From: Candidatus Latescibacterota bacterium | GTDB lineage: Bacteria > Latescibacterota > UBA2968 > UBA8231 | Assembly: GCA_965200315.1 (NCBI GenBank) | Contig: OZ241362.1 | Span: 2,944,001 to 3,008,000, forward strand | Reading direction: 5' to 3' | DNA: 64,000 bases | Part shown: positions 34,925 to 44,647 of the stretch, in pieces | How positions within the stretch are numbered: position 1 is the first letter of the stretch | Layout of the letters: each line of letters opens with the position of its first letter | The notes under the pieces: model-generated | The model's database searches: none | Seen by the model: only the letters and a program-made list of their open reading frames with translations | Told to the model about the DNA's origin: nothing | Translations under genes and position numbers: made by a program

Positions 34925-36949
34925 CTAATAAGCCAAGCCCAGCGGCTGCTGGTAGCGGAAGGTTTTGAATTCCGACTTGAGGGCGACCTCCACCAGATAC
35001 AGCCCCGGGACCAACAACTCACCGCCCGCGTCGCGTCCATCCCAATGCACGGTCTGCGGCCCGGCCCCCTGCTCTCCTAGTTCGAGACCGCCTACCCGGA
35101 TGCCGCGCAAGTCGTAGATATTGAGGGCCACGGGCACCGGCCCGGGCAGGCGAAACAAGGTATAATTGATGGCTAGCACATCGTTGGCCCCGTCTCCGTT
35201 GGGGGTCAATATGTCGCTTGAAAAAGCAAGGTTTTCGATGAGTGCCCCGGCATCTTGTGCGCCACCCAACACCCGCAGGCTGTTGGTGTTGACTTCGTCG
35301 GTGGCGTTACCGGCCTCAATCTGCTGAGGCAGGCTCTCCTCGTTCGCGTCAAATACCTCGCCGGCGAACGTGTTGGCAAAGATAAAGACCTCTGTGCCGA
35401 AGACCAGCCGCACTGGTTCATTGCGGCTGCGCGTGATTGACTGGGGCAAGCGCACGACTAGCTCGTTGTATCTCTCTATCACCTCGGTCGGTTCTATGAC
35501 TTGGAGTGGCTGGCCCATCTCTAGCCGTTTGAACTGGGGGCGGCTACCTGTGCGAATTCGGATGGTATCAAAGCCCGGCTGGCTCGCTGCGTCGAACTGG
35601 GTACTCACATCGTAGGTAAAATCCGTCATCTCACCTAAGTACACTTCGGTTAGGCCGCCGCCGGGCGTCGGCTCGTCGAGGCGGGCGACCTCGCCGATGA
35701 CTTGCGAGGCCAACGGCGGTGCGGTCTCAATCCACAGCGAATCGAGCCGCACGAAGTCGAAGAAGGAACGGCTCTCGAAGGTGAGCCTCACTTGGATGTG
35801 GTTGCCGCGCTCCAGCGGGGCGGGCTGCCCGGACTCAGCAATGGGAAAAGACCAGAAGGTCCAGTTGTCTTGGTCGTAAATAATGGAGGCTCTGAGGCCG
35901 GGCTTGCCCTCTTGGATATAGCCTTCGGTGGTCTGATCTGGTTGCTTGAGTTCGTTCTCAAAGCGCGTCCGCGAGACCGTCCGCTCAGCACCGGTGTCGG
36001 TGAATTCGTGATAGACGTTGGGGTCGTCGTCGCGGCCAGAGCGCACGGAGATTGCAAGTCGGGCGTGGGCGTCGTCAACAGGAGTAGGGAGCCCTTTGAC
36101 CATTCGCATGGGGGTGGCATCCCAGAATAGACGCCCGAAATTCACTGTGCGGCCGAGGGAAATAATTTTAGAGAGATAAAACACCCGCTTAGGCACCCCT
36201 TCGCCCTTTAGCTCAAACTCGCCGATGGTTCCCTGCTGGACATTGGCTTGGCCCGAGGCAAAGGCTTTGTCGTCGATGGAAGGGTTGCGTCGTAGGCGGA
36301 TGAAACGCACGTACTGTTTGGGAAATTCGAGCTGGACATTAGCATCGAAATTGAGCGGCACATCGGCTATCAAGGTCTCCAAGCGGTGATAGTCGTTGTC
36401 GTTGTTTTCGAGGTTGAGGACCGGGTCGAACTCTCCGGCGATCGAGACTTCAAACGCCTTGAAGATATCGTCGCGCAGCAGCGTACCGTCGGCGCGAAAA
36501 CCGTGCGGCGGCGTGTAGAATCCGACTACGTCGGCTGGCACTGGAACCCCCACGTCGAAAGTGTACCACTCCGAATTGATGCCGCGTGCTACCGGCGGGC
36601 TGTACGAAGAGCTGTCGCCATCGACCCACTCGGTCGTCAGGGTTCCGGCCGTGAACCAATAGAAGCCGTTGGCTGCGCGCCAAACTCGCGGAATGAGGCC
36701 GTCTTCGTAACCTAAGTCGGTGGGAAACTTAAAGGGCGACCAGAAAGGGAGCTTGGAAAGGATGTTTTCCTCGCCGTCGAAGTAAATCGGTGCTATTGAG
36801 CCGGGGAAGGTTTGGAAGTCGATAAAGACTTCGCTACTGTCATTCTGGCTCCAAGCCAAGCCTTGGCCGCCCATTTTCCACAGCGAAATCTGGGCGGCTG
36901 CCGGTGCTGTAGAAAGCGCGAGCGCGATGAGAATTGACCATTTGTGCAT
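34925..36949 (-). CDS. Secreted protein with C-terminal FlgD-Ig/T9SS type B-like domain
   Basis: Signal peptide MHKWSILIALALSTAPAAA; LTPNGDGAND and WDGRD..G..LVPGLYLV. Confidence 0.75.
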   Translation of the reverse strand: MHKWSILIALALSTAPAAAQISLWKMGGQGLAWSQNDSSEVFIDFQTFPGSIAPIYFDGEENILSKLPFWSPFKFPTDLGYEDGLIPRVWRAANGFYWFTAGTLTTEWVDGDSSSYSPPVARGINSEWYTFDVGVPVPADVVGFYTPPHGFRADGTLLRDDIFKAFEVSIAGEFDPVLNLENNDNDYHRLETLIADVPLNFDANVQLEFPKQYVRFIRLRRNPSIDDKAFASGQANVQQGTIGEFELKGEGVPKRVFYLSKIISLGRTVNFGRLFWDATPMRMVKGLPTPVDDAHARLAISVRSGRDDDPNVYHEFTDTGAERTVSRTRFENELKQPDQTTEGYIQEGKPGLRASIIYDQDNWTFWSFPIAESGQPAPLERGNHIQVRLTFESRSFFDFVRLDSLWIETAPPLASQVIGEVARLDEPTPGGGLTEVYLGEMTDFTYDVSTQFDAASQPGFDTIRIRTGSRPQFKRLEMGQPLQVIEPTEVIERYNELVVRLPQSITRSRNEPVRLVFGTEVFIFANTFAGEVFDANEESLPQQIEAGNATDEVNTNSLRVLGGAQDAGALIENLAFSSDILTPNGDGANDVLAINYTLFRLPGPVPVALNIYDLRGIRVGGLELGEQGAGPQTVHWDGRDAGGELLVPGLYLVEVALKSEFKTFRYQQPLGLAY

Positions 36950-37060
36950 TGTTTTGCTCCTTGAGCCAATCGCCAAGGTTGCCAGCGACTCTTTTACGCA
37001 GTCCAAATTTTCGCTTAATCTATAAGGCTAGTATCTCAAGCTCAAGCGAACAGGCGATCC

Positions 37061-38191
37061 ATGGCCGATAAAGTAACACGCGGGCCTCTGAGGTGGCTCC
37101 GCGGCGATATGCACAACCACTGCGAAGAGCACGCCTTGATCGCCGAGCATTTGGCTGGAGCAGGCGACGCACTCGATTTTATCGCACTGACCAATCACGC
37201 GCAAAAGCCCGTCTTTTTTGAGCAGCACCGCATGATTGAGCGCGTACGCTGCATCTTGCCGGAATTCCCCATCTTCTTCGGATTAGAGTGGAACGCGCCG
37301 ATAGGAGGTCACGCCGGACTCGTCTTTCCGATCGGTGCGCACGAGGCCGAAAACGCCTATGCCTTCGCCGCAACCCACGACCGGCTAGGGGCGGCGACTC
37401 CCGGCAGCGTAGAAGCGGCTTTAGATCACTTGAACGCATTGCCGGCAGTGGAACGCCCCGTCCTCTTCTTCAACCACCCCGCTGCCGGTCAGTGGTCTGC
37501 AAATAGCATCAACCGCTATCTCGCCGCTGATCCGGCGGGCCTTGTCGTCGGCATCGAAGCCCTGCACGGACACCAAGCACACGCCAAAGTCGCGGCGCTG
37601 GACCCGTGTGCTTATCCGGGAGGAGCTGTCGGCGGCTTGGTCGATCAAGTGTACGCCTGCCAGCGGCCATTTTCCCTGCTGTTGAACTCCGACTTCCACG
37701 TCCACAAGCAGTCACAGCAGCCCGATTATCCGCTGGGCGTTTTCAATCACACTTGGGTCGGCGTGGAAGCGGGGCGTCCATCTACACCAGAAGCGATTTT
37801 CGCGGGCTTGCGCCGAGGGCGCACGTGTGCTTCTCAAGGGCACTGGCTCGACCTCGTCGATTTCTCGGTCGATGACCATTTTATCGGCGACACTTGGACG
37901 GGAGGGGCCGGTGCTTTGCGCGTTGCTTTTGCGGCGACCGAAGCGGTTGAAAAGGTTGAGTTGATTGGCCAGTGGCAGCCAAACGTCGCGCCCACCGTGC
38001 TGGAGTGCTTGGAGTCCCGGCCCGCTGGGCGTTGCGAATGGACGCTGGAGATCCCAGCCGATGCCCAAGGCTTTGTGCGCCTGCGCATAATCGCCGAGAG
38101 CTGGGTGCGCCCGGCCCCAGGGCCACCGGCCCCCAAGCACTTTCTCACTTCGGCGATCTTTTTGGACACCGGCCGCGATTACAAAGAATGA
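37061..38191 (+). CDS. PHP-like metallohydrolase
   Basis: WLRGDMHNH, ALTNH, GLEW, FNHP, NSDFH. Confidence 0.75.
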   Translation: MADKVTRGPLRWLRGDMHNHCEEHALIAEHLAGAGDALDFIALTNHAQKPVFFEQHRMIERVRCILPEFPIFFGLEWNAPIGGHAGLVFPIGAHEAENAYAFAATHDRLGAATPGSVEAALDHLNALPAVERPVLFFNHPAAGQWSANSINRYLAADPAGLVVGIEALHGHQAHAKVAALDPCAYPGGAVGGLVDQVYACQRPFSLLLNSDFHVHKQSQQPDYPLGVFNHTWVGVEAGRPSTPEAIFAGLRRGRTCASQGHWLDLVDFSVDDHFIGDTWTGGAGALRVAFAATEAVEKVELIGQWQPNVAPTVLECLESRPAGRCEWTLEIPADAQGFVRLRIIAESWVRPAPGPPAPKHFLTSAIFLDTGRDYKE

Positions 38192-38197
38192 CACCGG

Positions 38198-38222
38198 GCG
38201 GGCGAGACGCCCGCGCTCCCAG
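38198..38222 (+). repeat. REP-like palindrome, copy 1
   Basis: GCGGGCGAGACGCCCGCGCTCCCAG. Confidence 0.7.
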
Positions 38223-38291
38223 CGGAACCTCAAACCACCGGAGCTTTTCATGTATATCCAACTTGCCGTACTCGTCTATAGGAAAATTTCT

Positions 38292-40607
38292 ATGCTCCCC
38301 TACCTACTCTGCATCCTTCTCTCGTCTGCCCTCCACGCCGAGTACTCCCCCGGTCAGATCCGCTTAACGCCCAAGATCGACCTTCACCTCGAACCGGTGC
38401 CGGTCGAAAGTCTGCCCGATCACGTCCTCAATGTTCCGCCCGGCTTTAAGGTCAAACTCTTTTCCGACCAAGTAGATAAGGCTCGCTTTATGGCGTGGGA
38501 TGACCAAGGCGTCCTGCACGTGGCCAACATGAAGACTCGGGGGAGCAGTCAATGGAGTCCGGCCTCGGGCCGCCAAGGCACGGTGTTGGCCTTGCCCGAC
38601 AAAAACGGCGACGGCCGAGCCGACACTGTGTTCAAGGCGGCCGATGACTTTCACTGGCCCCACAGCGTCGCCTTCTACCAAGGGGCACTCTTCGTTGCCG
38701 ACGACCATGCGATCTTCCGCCTCGAAGACCGAGATGCGGACGGCTTTTACGAGGAGCGCGCTGTCTTCGCCGAGGTCCCCGGCTTTATGGGTCGCTCCTC
38801 TGAGCACGTGACGCACACGCTGGTTTTCGACGAGTCCAACGACAAGCTCTACTTCCACGCCGGTTCGAGTTGCGACCTGTGCCGCGAAGACGACCCGGAG
38901 CGGTCCACCGTCATACAGATGAACACCGACGGCACGGGTCGGCGGATTTATGCCTCTGGCCTGCGCAATGCCATCGGCCTCGATTTGCACCCGGTCACTG
39001 GCGAGCTGTGGGGTGCTGGCAATGGGCACGACCGCGAGGGCCGAGTGCTGCCGCCGGAGTGGATCACCCCCCTCCGCGATGGCCATTTCTACGGCTGGCC
39101 GTTGGCGTACGCCTATCAGGTCTGGACGGATTTCTCCATTGGCGCGTACCAACGGGCGATCTTCCCGCTGACCGCTGCCGACTCGCTGTTGGTTGCCAGC
39201 ATGGAGCGTCCGGCGGCCCTCGTCCCCGCCCATTTGGCACCCATGGCACTGCATTTCTACAAGCACGACCAGTTCCCGCCCCAGTACAAACACGCCGCGT
39301 TTGTCGCCTTTCGTGCGGGCGTCTTGGGCAATGATCCGGGCTACAAGGTCATGGTGCTCTTTGCCGAGCCGGATGGGTCCAACGCCCGCATCGCCGACTT
39401 TCTCACCGGCTTCCGTCCTGACCCGAACAGCAATTCCTTCTGGGGGACGCCGGTCGGGCTGACCACCGATGAACAGGGCGTTCTCTATCTGACGAGCGAC
39501 CGCTTCACGCAGGCCATCTTCCGCATCGAAGCCAGCCCCCTCCAAGGCACTTGGGAAAACCCCCCGCCCGACACCCTGCTCGCTGGCGCAGCACTGCCTT
39601 TGCGTTCGACGATTCGCCTCCAGCGGCAGGTAGAGGGCGCAGCACCAGCCCAGCTCACGGCTGATCTGAGTGCATTGGATGGTCCCAAGGCCCTGCCACT
39701 TCAAGGGATAGACGACCAGACCTATCGCCTTGAAGCCGACCTATCGGCTGGTGAGTACAATGGCCGCAAAAAACTGGTGGTGCATCTCGCGCAAGGCGAC
39801 GAGGCGACCAAGCTAGTTCATTCTATCGTCGTGCTGCCCAGAGAGGATCAAGTCCTCTTTGCCGACGAGCTTGCATGGGAGCAAGGCGCACTCTACAGCG
39901 CACAACTCGACCCGACCCATGCCGATACCGCGTTCGCCGGCCAGCGGGCACTGCGAGTGGATGCCCGAGGTTTTACCATTGAATTCCTTCCCAGCGTGCC
40001 GGTCGCTAGCGTCGGCTACGCGGTGCTGCGCTTAGCCTTGCATCCCGGCACGGCTACCGGCGGTTTCCGGCCCTCCTTCGGCCTTGTCGTCAACGGTGAC
40101 GCCGCCCGCCCGCTGAGCCTCATTGACCAAATTGATCTGGACTTGAATCAGTGGCAGACCGTCGAGATCGCCTTGGACGAACTGGCCCTCGACGGCCCCA
40201 TCGAGTCGCTGCGCCTAATCGGCAGCCTGCGCGGAACCTTCTACCTCGACGAAATCCGCTTGGTCGCCGCCCAGTACTCTGGAGGTGTTACGGCTGTGCG
40301 GGAAGAGGACGCCCAAAGCGGTGCGCCGCGAGAATTTGCCCTAGACCCGAACTATCCCAATCCGTTCAATAGCTCCACCACCATCCACTATCGCATCGCA
40401 GAGCCGGGTCGGGTGCGCTTGGAAATTTTCGACATCCAGGGTCAGAAAGTGAAGATGCTCGCCGCCGGCGATGTAGGACCGGGCATTTACCAAGTTCAAT
40501 GGGATGGGTTGGACGCCAGCGGAAAACCTGTGGCCACTGGCGTTTATTTAGTGCGTCTCCAGAAGGGCCGCGGCGCACTAGTCCACAAGATGCTGTTGCT
40601 CAAATAG
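38292..40607 (+). CDS. Secreted glucose/sorbosone dehydrogenase-like beta-propeller with T9SS type A/FlgD-like C-terminal domain
   Basis: DKNGDGRAD, GLRNAIG, YGWP, HLAP; C-terminal NYPNPFN...WDG...GVYLVRL...KMLLLK. Confidence 0.82.
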   Translation: MLPYLLCILLSSALHAEYSPGQIRLTPKIDLHLEPVPVESLPDHVLNVPPGFKVKLFSDQVDKARFMAWDDQGVLHVANMKTRGSSQWSPASGRQGTVLALPDKNGDGRADTVFKAADDFHWPHSVAFYQGALFVADDHAIFRLEDRDADGFYEERAVFAEVPGFMGRSSEHVTHTLVFDESNDKLYFHAGSSCDLCREDDPERSTVIQMNTDGTGRRIYASGLRNAIGLDLHPVTGELWGAGNGHDREGRVLPPEWITPLRDGHFYGWPLAYAYQVWTDFSIGAYQRAIFPLTAADSLLVASMERPAALVPAHLAPMALHFYKHDQFPPQYKHAAFVAFRAGVLGNDPGYKVMVLFAEPDGSNARIADFLTGFRPDPNSNSFWGTPVGLTTDEQGVLYLTSDRFTQAIFRIEASPLQGTWENPPPDTLLAGAALPLRSTIRLQRQVEGAAPAQLTADLSALDGPKALPLQGIDDQTYRLEADLSAGEYNGRKKLVVHLAQGDEATKLVHSIVVLPREDQVLFADELAWEQGALYSAQLDPTHADTAFAGQRALRVDARGFTIEFLPSVPVASVGYAVLRLALHPGTATGGFRPSFGLVVNGDAARPLSLIDQIDLDLNQWQTVEIALDELALDGPIESLRLIGSLRGTFYLDEIRLVAAQYSGGVTAVREEDAQSGAPREFALDPNYPNPFNSSTTIHYRIAEPGRVRLEIFDIQGQKVKMLAAGDVGPGIYQVQWDGLDASGKPVATGVYLVRLQKGRGALVHKMLLLK

Positions 40608-40609
40608 CC

Positions 40610-41044
40610 ATGCAGGGCCTCAACCTCCCGGCCGCAGCTTTTGACATCCGCCAAGTCGAAGGCAAGCGCGAAATACTCGACCCCTTGCGCCGCAAGTACG
40701 TGCGGTTGACGCCCGAGGAGTGGGTGCGGCAGCACTTGGTGCAATACCTAATATCGGACTTGGGCTACCCGCGCGGGTTGACCGCCATTGAGAAAAGCAT
40801 TGACCTCCACGGCAAGCGATCTCGCGCCGATGTGATCGTCCATGACCGCGCAGGCCGTGCCGTGCTAATGGCCGAGTGCAAAGAGCCGGACGTTTCCATC
40901 AGTCAGGAGACCTTCGACCAAATTGCCGCATACAACCGCGTGGTTCAGGCCCGCTGTCTTTTGGTCGCCAATGGCTTGGTCCACTATTGCTATGTCGCTG
41001 GTCGCGGCTTCATTGACTGGGTGCCGCGGTACGACGAGCTGTAA
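40610..41044 (+). CDS. Stand-alone type I restriction HsdR N-terminal (HSDR_N_2) domain protein
   Basis: DPLRRKYVRLTPEEWVRQ, RADV, ECK, QIAAYN. Confidence 0.85.
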   Translation: MQGLNLPAAAFDIRQVEGKREILDPLRRKYVRLTPEEWVRQHLVQYLISDLGYPRGLTAIEKSIDLHGKRSRADVIVHDRAGRAVLMAECKEPDVSISQETFDQIAAYNRVVQARCLLVANGLVHYCYVAGRGFIDWVPRYDEL

Positions 41045-41097
41045 GTGCTTCTTTAGCCCGCCTCCGCCCTCCAGAGGTCTATGCCGTTCTCCCAAAG

Positions 41098-41997
41098 CTA
41101 AGAATCCGGATCGGTCTTAAAGCGGCCTTGGTTGTCGATGCGCAAAGAGGCCCGCGTCTCACCCTCTTTGTCGTAGAAGTCCAGCTTCGGGTTGCCGCCG
41201 GTCGGTGCGCCTAACCCCACGCGGAAACGCTGCTCCTCGTCGAGAACTCCAAGCCAAGCGATTCCCTCTTCGAGGACCCCGACGATGGTACGCGTGTGGC
41301 CGTCTTGGTCGCGCATTTCGAGCAGGGTCATGCCATCGGCCTGTACGCTCAAGGTGGCGCGGACCTCGCCTTGGGCATCGAAGAGCTTGAGCGAGGGGGT
41401 TTCTCCGTCTTCGATGCCGCTTTGCAGCCGCATCCGTCCTTGGGCATCGAAGAAACTCAGCCGCATTGCGCCGGTGTGGCCGCTGCCTAAGCCGGCGCGA
41501 GGTCGCCCGGTTTCGTCGTAAAAGGCCAAACTGCCGGCCCCGTCCTCGCTCAGCGAAAGGCCCGCCCGCACTTCACCCCGCTCGTCGTAGAGCTCCAGCA
41601 GCGGGGCCTTATCGCTCTCCAGCCGCAAGTCGGCCCGCGCCCGTCCTGTTCGGTCGCACAACTTAAGTCCACTACCCAGCACCGCGGTGATTTCACCGTC
41701 GGCATCCCTCAACTCCAACTCGCCGCCATTCGGGCCTTGCACTAATTGAGCGATTGGTTGGCCCTCGTCGCCGCGCAAGACAAAGCTCCGCGCCTGCACC
41801 GTCCCCATCCGCCAACGTGCGACGAGCAGCCCCAGCGAGACCAGCAGTGCCACCCCACTGGCCAAACCCACGAAATAGACGTCGCGCTCCAACGCCTGCA
41901 AGTTCTCCCTCAACGCCTCCTCTTCTAGGGGCTGAGCTCCGCCAAACGAGCTGAGCAGGACCAGCAATTGCACCGCCCTCAGGCAATGGATCGACAT
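41098..41997 (-). CDS. Membrane-anchored beta-repeat hypothetical protein
   Basis: Signal-like N-terminus, TM segment, then about 10 LxxxDxxGxxRxxL repeats. Confidence 0.7.
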   Translation of the reverse strand: MSIHCLRAVQLLVLLSSFGGAQPLEEEALRENLQALERDVYFVGLASGVALLVSLGLLVARWRMGTVQARSFVLRGDEGQPIAQLVQGPNGGELELRDADGEITAVLGSGLKLCDRTGRARADLRLESDKAPLLELYDERGEVRAGLSLSEDGAGSLAFYDETGRPRAGLGSGHTGAMRLSFFDAQGRMRLQSGIEDGETPSLKLFDAQGEVRATLSVQADGMTLLEMRDQDGHTRTIVGVLEEGIAWLGVLDEEQRFRVGLGAPTGGNPKLDFYDKEGETRASLRIDNQGRFKTDPDS

Positions 41998-42008
41998 GCC
42001 GCAGTGGC

Positions 42009-43019
42009 CTACGAAGTTCGCGCTGCGGCCCCAATGTTGAGGCCGGACCGCTCTTTGTTGACCGCTTGGATCATGGCGATGATATACCCGAACTGAAAGG
42101 CCCAAGCTTGGCGCACCCGGCCCGAAACACCCTCAGGTGCCTTGTCGTCGGGGTGGGATGGCGCGTGGTCGGGCATTAGCATGTACTGATAGCCTACGTC
42201 CCTCAGGGTGCGCGCCACCTCGTGCATGTCCACGTCGCCTTCGTCTGGCCAGACCTCTTGGAAATTGTGCAGCCCGCCCTTGATGTTGCGGTAGTGGATG
42301 TTGAAGAGTTTCCCTCGCTCGCCGAAGTAGCGCACGATGTCGCAGAGCTCCTCGGCCGGATTCTCCAAGCCCTCAGACGCTACGCCGCAGCAAAAGTTAA
42401 AGCCGTGATACGGGCTATCGACCAGCTCGGAAAAGCGCTTGAGCCCCTCCATTACCGGCCAGTTCCAGCGCTCGACGCCGCGCAGGACTGGAGCTGGCGG
42501 GTCGTTGAGATGGCAGGCCATCTGCACCTTGTTTTCCTCGGCTACTGGAATCACGCGCTCCAGCCAGTAGGCCGCCCGTTCAAACGCTTCTTCGCGGCTG
42601 ACCTCGCCCGCTTCACTCAGCGTTTCGTTGTCGAATTTCGCTAGGTCAAATGAGCTGTACGTCACGCCCCCGCGCCCGGGCGTGGGGGCGGTGCGCTGGT
42701 GCGGCAGGATGCAGAAGTTGTAGAGCAATGCCCGCAGCCCGGCCTGGGCCGCGTTTTCGATCCAGCGGCAGACCTCGTCGAGGTCCCGGTCTCGCTGCGG
42801 GTCCTGCGCCAGCGTGATGCTTTTGGGTACGCCGATGTGGATCGACTCCATACTCACCCCGTACTCGGCCGCTTCCTCCTTGTGCCGCACCAAGGTTTCG
42901 GCCTCGTTGTCCTCAACACTGGCGTCCATGTGCGTCACTCCGTGCCGCACCAGAAACTCTAGCTCCACCTTTGAGGTCCCGATTCCCTGCACCCCGACGT
43001 GCATTTCGCTGCCACTCAT
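42009..43019 (-). CDS. Mannonate dehydratase (UxuA family)
   Basis: YNF, HLNDPP, FNIHYRN, DEGDVDM, LMPDHAP; SD AAGGAG. Confidence 0.85.
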   Translation of the reverse strand: MSGSEMHVGVQGIGTSKVELEFLVRHGVTHMDASVEDNEAETLVRHKEEAAEYGVSMESIHIGVPKSITLAQDPQRDRDLDEVCRWIENAAQAGLRALLYNFCILPHQRTAPTPGRGGVTYSSFDLAKFDNETLSEAGEVSREEAFERAAYWLERVIPVAEENKVQMACHLNDPPAPVLRGVERWNWPVMEGLKRFSELVDSPYHGFNFCCGVASEGLENPAEELCDIVRYFGERGKLFNIHYRNIKGGLHNFQEVWPDEGDVDMHEVARTLRDVGYQYMLMPDHAPSHPDDKAPEGVSGRVRQAWAFQFGYIIAMIQAVNKERSGLNIGAAARTS

Positions 43020-43061
43020 TTCCGTTGCTCCTTTATAAGAAAATGGCAAAATGGGCCATCG

Positions 43062-43847
43062 CTAGGCCGATGCTCCCGAATAGTGCCGCACCCCCCACAG
43101 CCAAAACGCCCGCGCTCCCACCAGCATTCCCCCCGCCATCGCCAACGCGCCCCCCAACACCCCTGGCGACAGCCGACCCACCAAGGCTTCCGAAGGCACG
43201 GTCACCGCAAAGGCCACGGGCACCAGAAAGGTCATCGCCAGCTTGAGCCAGCGCGGATAGATGGCCACCGGATATTTGCCAGCGCTGTAAACGGCTTGGA
43301 AGATGACGAGGATGTTCTCCGCTTTGATAAACCAGAACGCAGTTGTTGCCAGCACCAGCCAAAAACTGTAGACGATTGCCGCGCCAGCCGCAAGCGTCAG
43401 GGCAAAGGCCGCCGCATGGGTAAGGCCGGCCCGCGTCCCGATCTCGACTAGAGCCACGGCAATCAGCACCACCCCCTGCACTACGTCCAAAAACTTCCAA
43501 ATCCGCACCTCGCCGACGCTCACCAGCACTTGTGCGTCCTCCGGCTTGGTGAGGGTAAAGTCCAGTGTGCCGAGGCGCACATCCTCCATAAAGTGCTGCA
43601 TTGACGGCTGGATCAGTGCGCCAATCAGGCCGCTCATCAGGAAGAACACCCCCAAGAGAGCCACCAGTTCGGCGGGCTGCCAGCCGCCTAGTTCTTCGGT
43701 GTGCGAAAAGATCACCGCCAAGCCCGCCAGCGCGACGCCCAGATTGAGCAAGCTCTGCACTAGCTGCACCCAGAAGTTGGCTTGGTATGCCAGCTCGTTC
43801 ATTGCGCCGATGCGCAGGAAAACCCACAGTAGCCGCAAATAGTTCAC
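43062..43847 (-). CDS. ABC-2 family permease (DUF990)
   Basis: GTLDFTLTKP, KYPVAIYP; GTG start overlapping the upstream stop. Confidence 0.88.
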   Translation of the reverse strand: MNYLRLLWVFLRIGAMNELAYQANFWVQLVQSLLNLGVALAGLAVIFSHTEELGGWQPAELVALLGVFFLMSGLIGALIQPSMQHFMEDVRLGTLDFTLTKPEDAQVLVSVGEVRIWKFLDVVQGVVLIAVALVEIGTRAGLTHAAAFALTLAAGAAIVYSFWLVLATTAFWFIKAENILVIFQAVYSAGKYPVAIYPRWLKLAMTFLVPVAFAVTVPSEALVGRLSPGVLGGALAMAGGMLVGARAFWLWGVRHYSGASA

Positions 43848-44647
43848 GAGCCGACCGCCGAGTATCTGCGTACGCCGCACGACCAGACCGCGGTCAGAAT
43901 CCCCCCACTCAGCCCCAGCCACACCACCTGCGCGGCCGCGCCCCAGAGCACTTCGGTGGGCGTGAGTCGGCCGAGTAGGAGCTCGGTGGGAAAGGCCAGC
44001 ATCCAGCGGAAGGGCAAAATCGCGGCCAATGCTTGGAGCCACTCGGGCAAAAGCGACAGCGGTGCCATCTGGCCCGAAAAAAAGAGAAAGGCCGCGAAGT
44101 AGAGCTGGTTGGCCGCGGCCGTGCGCGTGGTCCACAAGGCCACCAAAGCCAGTGCCCACTCGACGAAAAAGCGCACCAGAAACGCCAGCAGGATGACCGG
44201 TATTGCGGCCCAAATGGCCCAAGCTGGCGGGTCAAAGACCGGATCGAAGAGCCAGATCATTAGCCCCATCGTCGGCAGCATGACCGCTAGGGTCAGGAAC
44301 TTGTAGGAAATGTTCGTGGCGATGTCGCGGTGGATCGGATGCAGAGGCTGGAGCAGGAGCGGCGAGAAGGCCCCCGACCGCACCCGGTATTCAAACTCGT
44401 ACATAAACCAAGTAAACGTCAGGTGCCCCATCATCATCAGGACAATGTAGTAGGCGGCAAAGTCCCCGCTGGCGAAGTCCCCCACCTGCCCCCCCTTGGA
44501 GCGGGCTACGGCGGTCCACACCGAAAGGAAGACCAGCGTATCAACGACGCGCCCGATCAGCCATATCACCATTGCCGCCCGGTACTGGAACTGCACGGCT
44601 AGATCGGTGCGAAAGAGCGTGGTGTAGATGTCTGCTAGCCCCCTCAT
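43844..44647 (-). CDS. ABC-2 family permease
   Basis: QYRA, LLQPLHP, FSGQMAPL, LPFRW. Confidence 0.88.
   Translation of the reverse strand: MRGLADIYTTLFRTDLAVQFQYRAAMVIWLIGRVVDTLVFLSVWTAVARSKGGQVGDFASGDFAAYYIVLMMMGHLTFTWFMYEFEYRVRSGAFSPLLLQPLHPIHRDIATNISYKFLTLAVMLPTMGLMIWLFDPVFDPPAWAIWAAIPVILLAFLVRFFVEWALALVALWTTRTAAANQLYFAAFLFFSGQMAPLSLLPEWLQALAAILPFRWMLAFPTELLLGRLTPTEVLWGAAAQVVWLGLSGGILTAVWSCGVRRYSAVGS

Noticed and set aside
38364-39704. Long antisense and alternate-frame ORFs (e.g. 446 aa here, 57480-58331, 47725-48690)
   Set aside because: Shadow ORFs of GC-rich genes that have clear family motifs on the other strand
43106-43120. ACGCCCGCGCTCCCA matching the REP tail
   Set aside because: Inside a permease CDS and lacks the left arm of the hairpin
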